Positions 11,246 to 23,740 of a DNA stretch of 64,000 bases are shown in pieces; the stretch's first letter is position 1; every line of letters begins with the position of its first letter. The notes beneath the pieces are model-generated. The model worked only from the letters and a program-made list of their open reading frames with translations, made no database searches and was not told where the DNA came from. The DNA is from Chiloscyllium plagiosum (Eukaryota). The position numbers were made by a program, and so were the translations under genes. The DNA lies in NCBI RefSeq assembly GCF_004010195.1, contig NC_057718.1:97090079-97154078 (forward strand), read 5' to 3'.

Positions 11246-13204
11246 TGATTGTACCCAATTCTGACAATGCACTGGGTCCAAAGTGTGCTGACGGAGAGCA
11301 GTTCCCACGAAAGGGCTCCTGCAATTAACATTGTAAAGATATCTCTGCAGTAGAACCGTCGATCTCTGACCCTGAGCTCTCTGTAACTGGACTGAAATTC
11401 CTTACATCAATCCCTGTCCTGTATCATTTACTGGTCATAGGTACATTGACATCATTGGCTTGGGAAAGTGCTGGAGAAACTCAGCAGGTTTGGCTGTGGG
11501 TGGAACAGCTTTAAAAGGTCGAGTTTAATATGACTCCTCTTCAGAGGAAGAGCCGCATTTCAGCTCAACTCAAAGTTAGCTCTGGGGTTTATTCAACTTT
11601 GGTTAATTCAGTTTTGATTTGCATTTGCCATGTCCACTGAGACGCTAAGGGACTGTTATGAAACATGAAGGTGAAAGTAGCTGATGTTGATATACTAAGT
11701 CACCGTGTAAATCCACAAATGAAATATCAGATTGATTCCATACATTAGTCATTCAGGCATGTTTCCATGCCCTCTGGATAACGGGGATACGATTTACACA
11801 TCATTATCTCTTACAAAGTTTATATCCACGATTCTGCGCTAGACATAAATGTTCTGATACTTGCTAGATGGTTTTATTGTGGTTCTGAGAGTGATTGTAG
11901 TCTGTATAAGCTGCTGCTGTGAAAACCATGTCAAATTGAAAATGGCACTGAATTTGGTTGTTTTGTCAGTCACCTTGCCTGCTGTATGCATTGAAATAAG
12001 TCTGAACTGGCAGGTGGTATTTCTATAATGAGTATGACTGGCCTCTAATTCTTATGAAAGGAATATTTCCAAGGGTATCATTTTATGTGGCAGAGTTGAT
12101 CATGCATTAATATTTGAGATTACCATCACCTTGACAGATTCTACTTGAATGAAGATCAAACACCAATTATCAAGCCCGTAACACCACCTTGACCTGCAGG
12201 ACAGCAGCTTGGAAAGCTTGTCATTCAATATTGCAGGGATTTTGTTTTAATAAAACAAATATGCCATTAAAATTCCTATAGATGGTCTCGTGTGTGGAGA
12301 GAGAATATTTTTCTGTGTGCAGTTGATACTTGCTGTTAAGCTGTTGCAGGCCTGCTATCCCACATCACAGCTGTTTGGTTGCTGATCCCATACGGTGACT
12401 GGACAGTGTGATTTTTTTTGTGTGATTAAAAAGTGTGACTGACCAAGGTCTGGTGTTATCAGCCTTCCTTTACCACCATTGAAGTGAGCTTCTTAAAGTG
12501 CGAGTGTCCAAGAGATGGAGAGACACCCAAGGCTGGGAAGATAGTTCCAGGATTTTCACCCAGCACGTAACATATCAACTTTGACTAGAATTGGGAATGT
12601 AACCCCAGCAAGTATCCGTGAAGAAGAACAATAGATTATTAACCAGGAGAATGTACATCTCCTATAGTCCCGGTCTGTCCGGAAAGTGTAGCTGAACTCA
12701 AAAACTAGCTCTCAAGGCATACAAAAACCTTTGTTATGCTTCGCTTGATAAAACCATGTGACCCAATTCATATTCAATTGCATAAACAGTCATAGTCATT
12801 ATCTTAGTCTATCCTTCTATCAATGCTCTGTAAGGCATACAAGCCACTATTATTCCAAGTGCAAAACCAGCTGTTTCAAGCTGAGAGTTGCTATAGATAT
12901 TTTCTCAACCATTAGACTGCTTCTCACAGCCCGAAACGGCCCTAATATCTTTTATTCAGGCATGTATGTAACAAGCCACATGAGAGAGAGTAATCTACAA
13001 AGCTCAAACATAGGAATCAACCCTTTCTCTACACCTGCATCTGGACACTTGGGAGAAATGTGTTCATTATCACTCTAGAGGTGGCACTGCATAAGTGAAT
13101 TTCTCTTCCCTGTGCCTTTTACATGCATACCACTCCAACCTTTATCAAGACAACAAGCAACACTCGGTGGATTGGTACTACTAAGCTGTGCTATATCACA
13201 GCCA

Positions 13205-13980
13205 CAGTGTGGCGCTGGAAACGCACAACAGGTCAGGCAGCATCCGAGGAGCAGGAGAGTCGATGTTTCAGGCAAAAGCCTTTCATTAGGAATGTTGGGA
13301 GGGAGAGCCAAAGGAGGCTGAGAGATAAGTAGGAAGGTGGGGTTGGGGCGAAGGTAGTTTGTGGGTGGAGCGGATAGGTTGGAAGGAAAATGGACAGATA
13401 GGACAGTTCAAGAGTGTGGTGCCGAGTTGGAGGATTGGATCTGGGATAAGGTGGAGGCAGATGAGGTAACTGGTGAAATCGATGTTGATGCCTGTTTCAG
13501 GACGTGGCTGAAGAGCTTCAGTGCAGAGAAGATGACTGGCGTGTGCAGAGAGAGAGGGAGAGACTCATTGAGATCCTTGTGAAGGGAGGGGGAAAACTTC
13601 TTCAAGGTTGGCATTCTTGGAATAGTCTTCGCAGTAAGGCTATAACAACGAGGAGGAAGTGAGGACTGCAGATGCTGGAGATCAGAGTTAAAAAGTGTGG
13701 CACTTTTCCAGCGCCACACCAGCACCACCATCTTGAACTGTCCTACCTGTCCATCTTCCTTCCCACCTATCCACTCCACCCTCCTCTCTGATCAATCACC
13801 ATCACCCGAACCCTCATCTAACTATCACATTCCAAGCTACCTTCCCCCCAGCCCCACCCCTCTCCCATTTATCTCTCAGCCCCCTTGGGCTACTGCCCCA
13901 TATTCCTGAGGAAGGGCATATGCCCAAAACGTCAACTCTCCTGCTCCTTGGATGCTGCCTGGCCTGTGCTTTTCCAGCAC
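13205..13980. mobile_element. Rearranged PLE with inverted segments
   Basis: Family terminal motifs occur in both orientations (13205-13295 -, 13655-13715 -, 13900-13980 +). Confidence 0.7.
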
Positions 13981-14510
13981 AGCAATGACTCAGCGGTTAG
14001 CACTGCTGCCGCACAGCACAAGGGACCTGAGTTCAATTCCACCCTCGGGCGACTGTCTGTGTGGAGTTTGCATATTCTCCCGGTGTCTGCGTGGGTTTCC
14101 TCCAGGTGCTCCGGTTTCCTCCCACAGTCCAAAGATGTGCAGGTCAGGGTGGATTGGGAGAAAGTGAGGACTGCAAATGCTGGAGATCAGAGTCAAAAAG
14201 TGTGGCGCTGGAAAAACATAGCCAGTCAGGCAGCATCCGAGTCACAGGAGAGTCAATGTTTCGAACGTAAGCTCTTCATCAGGAATGTCTGACCGGTTGT
14301 GCTTTCCCAGCAGTACACTTTTTGAGGTTAGGTGAATTGGCCATGCTAAATTGCAAGTAGTGTTCATGGATGTGTAGGTTAACTGCGTTAGTCAGGGGTA
14401 AATATAGGATAATAAGGTAAGGGAATGGATCTGGGTAGGCGACTCTTCAGAGAGTCGGTGAGCACTTGTTGAGCCGAAGGGCATTTTCCCACTCTGTAGG
14501 GACTCCATGA
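13980..14510 (+). mobile_element. V-SINE interrupted by a PLE fold-back insert (~14158-14324)
   Basis: The SINE resumes at aggttaggtgaattggcc after the insert, with an imperfect duplication of aggt(c/t)agg(g)tg(g/a)attgg. Confidence 0.8.
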
Positions 14511-15494
14511 TGTCTTTATCCTTTGTGAATAAGGATGCAAAATATTCGTTAAGGACCTCGCCCACTTCCTGCAGCTCCAGGCGAAAATTCTCTTCTTTGA
14601 CTTTAAGTGGATCTGCCCTTTTCCTGACTCCTTATATTCAGTCTTGGGATTTTCCTTAATGTTAATGGCCTAGGACATTTCATTGTCCCTTCTACCCCTC
14701 CTGCCTTCTTGTTTCAGTTGGTTCATGCTTCCTTTATATTCTTTGAGTCTTTATATTGTTTTCCAAAGTATCTTAGACTTGGAGCATGCTAAGATTGGCC
14801 TGAGTTAAAAGTATAACTGCAAGCATGATACTCTCTTCTGGGAAGAAATATTTTTTCATAATTCATACTTTTCATTCATCAAGCACAGTATGGCAGCAAA
14901 TGGATGTTATAGGCAGCCAAAATTGGCAGTGAAACTATTTTAGTCAGTGTATTTGAAAATAGAAAGGAACATGCTTTTGGTTGCTTTCTGCACCTTGTCA
15001 AGATGTCCATATCAACAACAATTTACGCTGACATTGCAGCTTTAGTGTAATCCTATAAACATCCCGAGGTGCTTCACAGGAGAGCAGTCAAATGAAAGGA
15101 GATGCTGAGATGCCCAAAGGCTTTGACAAAGAGGTTGGTTTTAAGGGAGTGCCTTCAAAGGAGAGAGGTGTGCAGATTTAGGAGTGTCAGGGCTGAAAAG
15201 CTTGCCAGATTGAGACACAGATGCCAACAGTGGAGATGTACAGATGCCAACAGTAGCTGTGCAGACATCAGAACTCAGATGCACAAAAATCTGGAAGGCC
15301 TTCAGATTGAAGAACTTTATGGAGTAGGTGAAGCCAGAGACGCATTTGAAAGCCAATAACCCAGCATCCTGGACACTCACCAAGTTTATACTTCAGACCA
15401 GAATGCCACAATTTCTACTGGATGGTCTAGAATCAATCAGAAATGGAAATCTGCCTGGATTCCCAATGCAATGGAATTTAATGATAGAATATGG

Positions 15495-15820
15495 GGGCAT
15501 GGTGGTTCAGTGGTTAGCACTGCTGCCTCACAGCACTAGGGACCTGTGTTCGATCCCAGCCTCGGGTGACTGTCTGTGTGGAGTTTGCACATTCTCCCCA
15601 TGTCTGTGTGGGTTTCCTCCGGGTGCTCAGGTTTCTGCCCACAGGCCAAAGATGTGCAAGTTACTTGGATTGGCCATGCTAACTTGTTCAGATTAGGTGC
15701 ATTAGTCAGAGGAAATGTAGAGTAATAGGGTAGGGGAATGCATCTGGGTGGGATAGGCTTCAGAGAATAGGTGTGGACTTGTAGGGCCAAATGACTTATT
15801 TCCACACTGTTGGGATTCTA
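15495..15820 (+). mobile_element. V-SINE full length
   Basis: ggcatggtggttcagtggttagcactgctgcctcacagc head, V-domain and tail. Confidence 0.88.
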
Positions 15821-16451
15821 TGAACGGGGGGACAGGAAAAAAAAATATTTACAAAGTGCCAAATACCACTGAAAGAATTAGCATGAATCATCCATCAGAA
15901 TTTGACACAATTAAATCAGTTCATTATTAGCTGTCATATACTTTCCATCAAACATGGATCCATTTGTGCACGAACAGTCTGATGATGATGTGAAAATTCT
16001 TTGATAATGTTGTCAGCATCTTCTTACACAGGGTAACCAATTTAAAAGACAAAACTGTGGTTGACAAAGTTAAAAATAGCGTTGGGAGGCAAGGATGAGG
16101 CATTTGGCTATGAAAAGACAGAGCAGATCACTAGATGAATAGCATTTCACAATACACTAGAACATAAGGTGAAAATAAGACATAAATCAGTTGTAAAATT
16201 TTAAGAAAATGATCTGCTGTTCTGGATGAATGCGACAGAAATTTTAAATATACATTTTCTCCGAATGTAGGAGAATAAATCATTTCTATTCTCTGTTCCT
16301 TCAGATTTGGCATCAAAGTTGCAACATCTCTTGCCCAAGTGTATTCTGTGTTCTCAGATTGGAGTGCAGGCATCCATTAGCCAAGATCCACAGCAAAGAC
16401 AAAACTACTCCATTCTGAGCAAAAGATTTGTCCAAAGTGCAAGTCAAAACT

Positions 16452-17440
16452 TTTTTAAAAATTTGTTCATGGGACTTTGGATGTTATTGGCTGGGCCAGC
16501 ATTTATTGCCCATCCCTAGTTCCACTGAGACTGTGGTGATGAGCTGCTATCCTGAATCACTTTGGTAATCACTTACCACTTTGGTAAGTTGACCCACTAT
16601 GCAGTTGTGGAGGGTATTCCAGGATTTTGACCCAGCGACCAGTGAAGGAATGGCGATATATTTCCAAGTCTGGACGGTGAGTGACTTGGAGGGGAACTTG
16701 CAGGTGTTCCCATGTAATGGCTGCCTTTGCCCTTCGAGATGAAAGTGGTCATGGGTTTGGAAGGTGCTTTTTGAAGATCTTTGGTGAATTTTTTCAGTGT
16801 ATCTTGTTGATGGTATGCACTGCTGCTACTGAGCATTGGTGGGAGAGAGAGTAGATGCTTGTGGATGTGGTGCCAATCAAGTGGGCTGCTTTGTCCTGGA
16901 TGGTGTCAAACTTCTTGAGTGTTGTTGGAGCTGCACCCATCCAGGCAAGTGGGGAGTATTCCATCACACTCCTGACTTGTGCCTTGTTGACAGCCACTGG
17001 GGAGTCAGGAGGCGGGTTGCTCACAGCAAGATTTGTAGCCTCTGACCTGCTCTTGTAGCCACTTTGTATGGCTGATCCAGTTCAGTTTCTGGTCAATGGT
17101 GACCCCCAGGTTGTTGATAGTGTAAGATCCAGTGATGATGGTAATGTCAAGGGGCAATGGTTAGATTATCTCTTGTGTGAGGTGATTATTGCCTTGCACT
17201 CAGGTGGCAAGTATGACTTGCGTCACATCAGCCCTAACCTGGATATTGTCCATGCCTTGTTGCTTTTGCTCACTGATTGTGTCTGAGTGTCAGGAATGGT
17301 GCTGAACATCTGCAAACATTCGTCAATATTCCCAATTTTAATCTTACGCCAGAGGGGATGTCATTGATGAAGTTGGCTGAAGATGACTGAATCTGGGACA
17401 CTACCCTGACGAACTTCGGTAGAGATGTCCTGGAGCTGAA
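16452..17440 (-). mobile_element. Non-LTR retrotransposon ORF2 C-terminus and 3' tail (partner of the second SINE); resumes at ~19008-19085
   Basis: KAQVRSVMEYSPLAWMGAAPTTLKKFDTIQDKAAHLIG and FINDIPSGVR; tail gggcaataaatgctggcccagcc. Confidence 0.8.
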
Positions 17441-17795
17441 ATTATTTAGTTCTTCGAGAATGTGACAAAACAGGTGGATGAAGGTAAAGCAGTTGATGTG
17501 GTTTGTATGGATTTCAGTAAGGCGTTTGATAAGGTTCCACACGGTAGGCAGAAAATATTGAGTTTCGGGATTGAGGGTGATTTGGCGGTTTGGATCAGAA
17601 CTTGACAAGCTGAAAGAAGACAGAAGGTGGTGGTTGCTGGGAAATGTTCATCCTGGAGCTCAGTTACTAGTGGTGTACTAGTAGGGGGATTGAGTTTCGG
17701 AGCCACAAGGTCATGCTTTAGCTGCACAAGACTCTGGTAAGGCTGCTCCTGGAGTATTGCGTACAGTTCTGGTCACCGCATTATAGGAAGGATGT
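17440..17795 (+). mobile_element. CR1 RT fragments with an internal deletion; the matching 3' tail is at ~18932-19000
   Basis: FFENVTKQVDEGKAVDVVCMDFSKAFDKVPHGR...SSVTSGV, then SRGIEF...LVRLLLEYCVQFWSPHYRKD; tail gagggccgaagggcctgtactgtgctgtaacgttctatgttct. Confidence 0.88.
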
Positions 17796-19099
17796 CCTGA
17801 CACTCAGACACAATCAGTGAGCAAAAGCAACAAGGCATGGACAATATCCAGGTTAGGGCTGATGTGACGCAAGTCATACTTGCCACCTGAGTGCAAGGCA
17901 ATAATCACCTCACACAAGAGATAATCTAACCATTGCCCCTTGACATTACCATCATCACTGGATCTTACACTATCAACAACCTGGGGGTCACCATTGACCA
18001 GAAACTGAACTGGATCAGCCATACAAAGTGGCTACAAGAGCAGGTCAGAGGCTACAAATCTTGCTGTGAGCAACCCGCCTCCTGACTCCCCAGTGGCTGT
18101 CAACAAGGCACAAGTCAGGAGTGTGATGGAATACTCCCCACTTGCCTGGATGGGTGCAGCTCCAACAACACTCAAGAAGTTTGACACCATCCAGGACAAA
18201 GCAGCCCACTTGATTGGCACCACATCCACAAGCATCTACTCTCTCTCCCACCAATGCTCAGTAGCAGCAGTGCATACCATCAACAAGATACACTGAAAAA
18301 ATTCACCAAAGATCTTCAAAAAGCACCTTCCAAACCCATGACCACTTTCATCTCGAAGGGCAAAGGCAGCCATTACATGGGAACACCTGCAAGTTCCCCT
18401 CCAAGTCACTCACCGTCCAGACTTGGAAATATATCGCCATTCCTTCACTGGTCGCTGGGTCAAAATCCTGGAATACCCTCCCTAACTGCATAGTGGTAAG
18501 TGATTACCAAAGTGGTAAGTGATTACCAAAGTGGACCAAAGTGATTCAGGATAGCAGCTCATCACCACAGTCTCAGTGGAACTAGGGATGGGCAATAAAT
18601 GCTGGCCCAGCCAATAACATCCAAAGTCCCGTGAACAAATTTTTAAAAAAGTTTTGATTTGCACTTTGGACAAATCTTTTGCTCAGAATGGAGTAGTTTT
18701 GTCTTTGCTGTGGATCTTGGCTAATGGATGCCTACACTCCGATCTGAGAACACAGAATACACTTGGGCAAGAGATGTTGCAACTTTGAAGCCAAATCTGA
18801 AGGAACAGTGAATAGAAATGATTTATTCTCCTACATTCGGAGAAAATGTATATTTAAAATTTCTGTCGCATTCATCCAGAACAGCAGATCATTTTCTTAA
18901 AATTTTATAACTGATTTATGTCTTATTTTAATTTCACAGGTCGGCGCAACATCGAGGGCCGAAGGGCCTGTACTGTGCTGTAACGTTCTATGTTCTCTGT
19001 CAATGAATTCTAACAACCACAACCATCTTGCTTTGTGACTAGTATGACTGAAACCAGTGGAGAGTTTCCACCTGATTTCCAGTGACTCGAGGAGAAAAT

Positions 19100-20345
19100 C
19101 ACACAGTTACCACCTCCCACCCGTTCCTTCGCGACATCAATGACTGCATCGGTGCTACCTCGTGCTCCCACGAGGAGGTTGAACAATTCATCAACTTCAC
19201 CAACACCTTTCACCTGGACCATCTCCGAAACCTCCCACCCCTTCCTGGACCTCTCCATCTCCATCTACGGTGACTGACTAACCACAGACATCTACTACAA
19301 GCCCACTGACTCCTACAGCTATCTAGACTACACCTCCTTCCACCCTACCTACTGTAAAAACACCATGCTGTATTCCCAATTCCTCCACCTCCACCACATA
19401 CGTTCCCTGGATGACCAATTCCACCTTAGAAAATACCAGATGGCCTCCTTTCAAAGACCGCAATTTCCCTTCCCACGTGGTTGACGATGCCCTCCAGCAC
19501 ATCTCAACCACTTCCTGCACCTCTGCCCTTGAACCCCACTCCTTCCAATGCAACAAGGACAGAACACCCCCCCCTCCCCCAGNNNNNNNNNNNNNNNNNN
19601 NNNNNNNNNNNNNNNNNNNNNNNNNNNNNNNNNNNNNNNNNNNNNNNNNNNNNNNNNNNNNNNNNNNNNNNNNNNNNNNNNNNNNNNNNNNNNNNNNNNN
19701 NNNNNNNNNNNNNNNNNNNNNNNNNNNNNNNNNNNNNNNNNNNNNNNNNNNNNNNNNNNNNNNNNNNNNNNNNNNNNNNNNNNNNNNNNNNNNNNNNNNN
19801 NNNNNNNNNNNNNNNNNNNNNNNNNNNNNNNNNNNNNNNNNNNNNNNNNNNNNNNNNNNNNNNNNNNNNNNNNNNNNNNNNNNNNNNNNNNNNNNNNNNN
19901 NNNNNNNNNNNNNNNNNNNNNNNNNNNNNNNNNNNNNNNNNNNNNNNNNNNNNNNNNNNNNNNNNNNNNNNNNNNNNNNNNNNNNNNNNNNNNNNNNNNN
20001 NNNNNNNNNNNNNNNNNNNNNNNNNNNNNNNNNNNNNNNNNNNNNNNNNNNNNNNNNNNNNNNNNNNNNNNNNNNNNNNNNNNNNNNNNNNNNNAGAGTG
20101 TGGTGCTGGAAAAGTGTAGCAGGTCAGGCAGCATCCAAGGAGCAGGAGAATTGATGTTTCAGGCATAAGCCCTTCATCAGGGATGAGGCTTGTGGGCCAG
20201 GGAGGCTGAGCCCTTATCTCTCAGCGCCCCCCCCCCCGGCCCTCAAGCCTCATTCCTGATGAAGGGCTTGTGCCTGAAACTTTGATTCTCCTGCTCCCTG
20301 GATTACTGCCTGACCTGCTGTGCTTTTCCAGCAACGCACTCTCGA
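19100..20345 (+). mobile_element. Penelope-like RT remnant (gap inside) ending in an inverted terminal pair
   Basis: FLRDINDCIGATSCSHEEVEQFINFTNTFH (degenerate YIDD), LPFLDL, IYYKPTD.YSYLDY; inverted hammerhead-bearing ends at 20095-20345. Confidence 0.82.
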
Positions 20346-20379
20346 CTTCCAGTGAGTCTAGTTCTGCTGGGGCTCCTAG

Positions 20380-21740
20380 ATGCCTTATTCAGTCAAACAC
20401 TCCATTAATATCCATTGCAGTCATTCTCACCTGCCCCGTTTGGACCAAAACTGTAATGGGGTCAGGGGCTGACCAAACCTCATATCCTTGAACAGGTTAT
20501 TGCTGTGCTGCTTGATAGTTGTTGTGATGGCCCCTTCCATCACATTGCTATTTGGTGTAGACTGAAGGGGCAACAGTTGGCTACAATGAGATTGTTCTGC
20601 TTTTTATGCAGAAGATGTCAATGGGCATTATTCCCGATGTCAGGTACATGTTTAGCTGTGCTGGTAATTCATGAGAAGGGGCTGCAGCTAGTTCAGGAGC
20701 ACGGCTCTGTGGTACTATTGCCAGAGTGTTATTGGGACCCATAGACTTTGCAGTATCCAGCGCATCAGCCATTTGTAGATACCTCATGGATTGGCTTGAA
20801 TTGAAGACTGGTGTCAGAGATGTTGTGGACCTCAGGAGGAGGCCAAGATGGATCATCCACTCAGTACGTCTGACTGCTAATGGATGCAAATATTTCATGT
20901 TTTTTCCTTTCTTTGCACCAATGTGCAAGACTTCCTTACGATTGGGGATATTTGTGGAAGCTCCAACTGCAGTGAATTGTTCAGCACCATTGAGGGCTGG
21001 GTGTGGCAGGGCTGCAGAGCTTAGATCTGATCCGTTGGTTGTGGAATCGCTGAACTCTATTTGTCACTTGCTCTTCTCCTGTTTGGCGAGCAAGTCGTCA
21101 AGTGTCATAGTTTCGCCAGGTTGACGCCACCTTTTTAAGGGTGCCTGCTGCTGCGCCTGGCATGCCCTCCTGCACTCTCCATTGAACCAGGATTGGGCCC
21201 CTGGCTTGATGCCAATGGTAGATTGGGGGGCACATGCCAGGCCGTGAGGATTGACATTGTGTTGGAGTGCGATTCAGGTGCTACAGATGGCACCCCCTCA
21301 GCACTTCACAGATGCCCAGTTTTGTAACTGGATCTTGCTGAAGTCTGTCCCAGTTGGCACGGTGCTAGCACCACACACCACAATGGAGGATACAAAGACA
21401 TCAATACAAAGACATAAGGACTGCACCCCTATCAACACCTCCCTGGATTGATGCACCAGCTGCAGGTAGATTGATTGGGACAAGGTCATGTGGATACTTC
21501 CTCTTTGTTGGTTCTCTTGCCACTTGCAGACTCTGTCTATCAACTGCATTTTCTAAGCCTTGACCACCTCGCTCAGCGTTGATGGTACTGAACCACTCTT
21601 AGTGATGAACACAGAAGTGCCCCGCCCAGAGTAAATGTTCTGCCCTTGCCACCCTCAGTGTTTCCTCCTGATGGTGCTCAAAACAGAGAAATACTGGGTC
21701 ATAAGCTGATGGTGATACGTGGCCATTAGCAGGAGGTTTC
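20380..21740 (-). mobile_element. Decayed LINE ORF2 (probably same family as 16452-17440)
   Basis: ALDTAKSMGPNNTLAIV...APELAA resembles the K(A/S)xGPDxI motif preceding LINE RT domains. Confidence 0.7.
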
Positions 21741-21744
21741 TAAT

Positions 21745-22075
21745 CATAGAATCCCTACAGTGTGGAAACAAGTCCTCACCAACCCTCCAAAGAGGAACCC
21801 ACCCAGACCTATTCCCCTTTTACTCTACATTAACCCCTGACTAATGCACCTAACCGACACATCCCTGAACACTGTGGGCATAGTAGCATGGCCAATTCAC
21901 CCTAACCTGTACATCTTCAGACTATGGGAAGAAAACAGAGCACCCAGAGGAAACCCATACAGACATGAGGAGAATGTACAAACACCACACAGACAGTCAC
22001 CTGGGGCTGGAATCGTACCCAGGTCCCTAGTGCTGTGAGGCAACAGTGCTAACCACTAAGCCACTGTGTCGCCCC
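21745..22075 (-). mobile_element. V-SINE
   Basis: Head, V-domain and tail on -. Confidence 0.85.
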
Positions 22076-22084
22076 TTCTCCATT

Positions 22085-22470
22085 ATTGCACGACTCTTAA
22101 TCCAGAGACCCAGCTAATGTTCTGGCACCCAAGTTCAAATCCCACTATGGCAAATGGTGGAATTTGAATTCAGTTAAATATAATCTGGAATTACGATTCT
22201 GATGATGACTATGAATCCCTTGTTGATTATTGGAAAAACCTATCTGGTTCACTAGTATTGTTTAAGGAAGGAAATCTAGAATTAATTAAGAGTCTAAATG
22301 ATGACCATGAATCCATTCAGGGAAGGAAACTTCCATCCTTACCTGGCCTGGCCTATATGTGACTCCAGACTCACAGCAATGTGTTTGACTCTTAACTGCC
22401 CTCTGGGATGGGCAATAAATGGGCCTAGCCAGTGACACCCACATCCCAAGAGTGAATTTAAAAAAAAACC
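22085..22470 (+). mobile_element. Second SINE family copy with internal partial duplication
   Basis: Similar to 290-635; gatgac(t/c)atgaatcc...gaaggaaa occurs twice. Confidence 0.75.
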
Positions 22471-23434
22471 CAATGGCAAAAGATTTCATTCAGAATTGAT
22501 ATTGAGGACTCCCATGGAAACTCCTTACCAACACTAAATTATTGTGTCTATGGTCTCTCCTGCTGGCAAGATAGGACATCCCCAGGTATGTTCGTGGTGG
22601 TGTCTGGGATGTAGCCATACTTATGGAATTGTAACTTCCTGCCAATGCAGGCTGTTGTTGCTTGACCAGTTTGTAAGGCAGCTCTCCCATGTTTGGTACG
22701 AGGCCCTAGAAATTGGTGAGAGGCAGACATTATAGGATCACCGGGGCCCTGTTTGTCATGTCTTTTCCTGTGTCTAGGTCGATGTCGGGTGGTCTGCCTG
22801 GTATCATTGTCCTCTTTTGGCTGTGTGAAACTTTCATAAAATTGAATGGGTTACCTGGGCCACGTCATGGAGCAGTTAAGAGTCCATCCCATTGCTGGGG
22901 GACTGGAGTCACATGTAGGCCAGACCATGTAAGGATGGCAGATCTCCTTCCCTGAGGGGACATTAGTCCACCAAAGGGAGCTGCATTGAAGGGACTTACA
23001 TTAATGCACTTTGTTGTTGGCATTAAAGAGTGCGAGATCTCCAAGAGTGAGCTGGTTTAAAGTATTCCACATGTGTTTGGAACAATTGAGTGTCCATCCA
23101 TTTCTTCCAAGAGTACTGCTCTTTCGCCGGTGAGTGGATCCAATGCCTCTGTGGACATCCTTGGCTCCCTGCCCCTACACTACTCAAAATGGGACTGGGG
23201 TCATAGGCACATTTAATCCTCCAGCAGCTTCTTTGGCAGATTGTATTGACTGTACAGACTGGGCTATTGATAAGAGGCTAAAGCCATTAGAAGGTGTATG
23301 GGTCTCATGGGATTGCAGCAAGACCTTTCTGGATTGTTCATTGCCTGGGAAAACATTGTCCTTTACGTTCTTTTAGTTTAACCTAGTCTAGGGAGTTAAT
23401 GAAATCTGAGATGGTTTTAAGTTTTAGAAAACCC

Positions 23435-23740
23435 TATGGAAGCAGGCCATTTGGCCCATGGAATCCACGCTGACCCTTTCAACAGCATCTCTCCCAGACC
23501 CACCTCCCTACCCTATCCCTGTGTTTCCCATGGCTAATCCACCTAGCCTGTAATCCCTGGACACTATGGGGCAATTTGGTATGGCCAATCCACCTTAACT
23601 TGCACAGCTTTGGATTGCGGGTGGAAACCCATGCAGACACAGGGAGAACGTGCAAACTCCACACAGCCAGTCGCCCGAGGCTGGAATCAAACCCAGGTCC
23701 CTGGTGCTGAGAGGCAGCACTGAGCCAGCATGCCACACAT
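23435..23740 (-). mobile_element. V-SINE
   Basis: gcagacacagggagaacgtgcaaactccacacag. Confidence 0.8.

Larger units (their letters stand above)
16172..18929. repeat. Long inverted repeat: arms 16172-17295 and 17795-18929, 499-bp spacer
   Basis: The arms are reverse complements. Mirror ORFs have identical translations (e.g. 17068-17286+ and 17804-18022-). Confidence 0.97.

Noticed and set aside
10177..11264. Long ORFs of 200-350 aa (also at 19.4-20.2, 44.2-44.9 and 62.0-62.7 kb)
   Set aside because: They are open only because they run through N gaps
12434..13200. Possible solo LTR (TGTGA...TCACA)
   Set aside because: Composition is suggestive, but no TSD was found and the right flank is disrupted by a PLE
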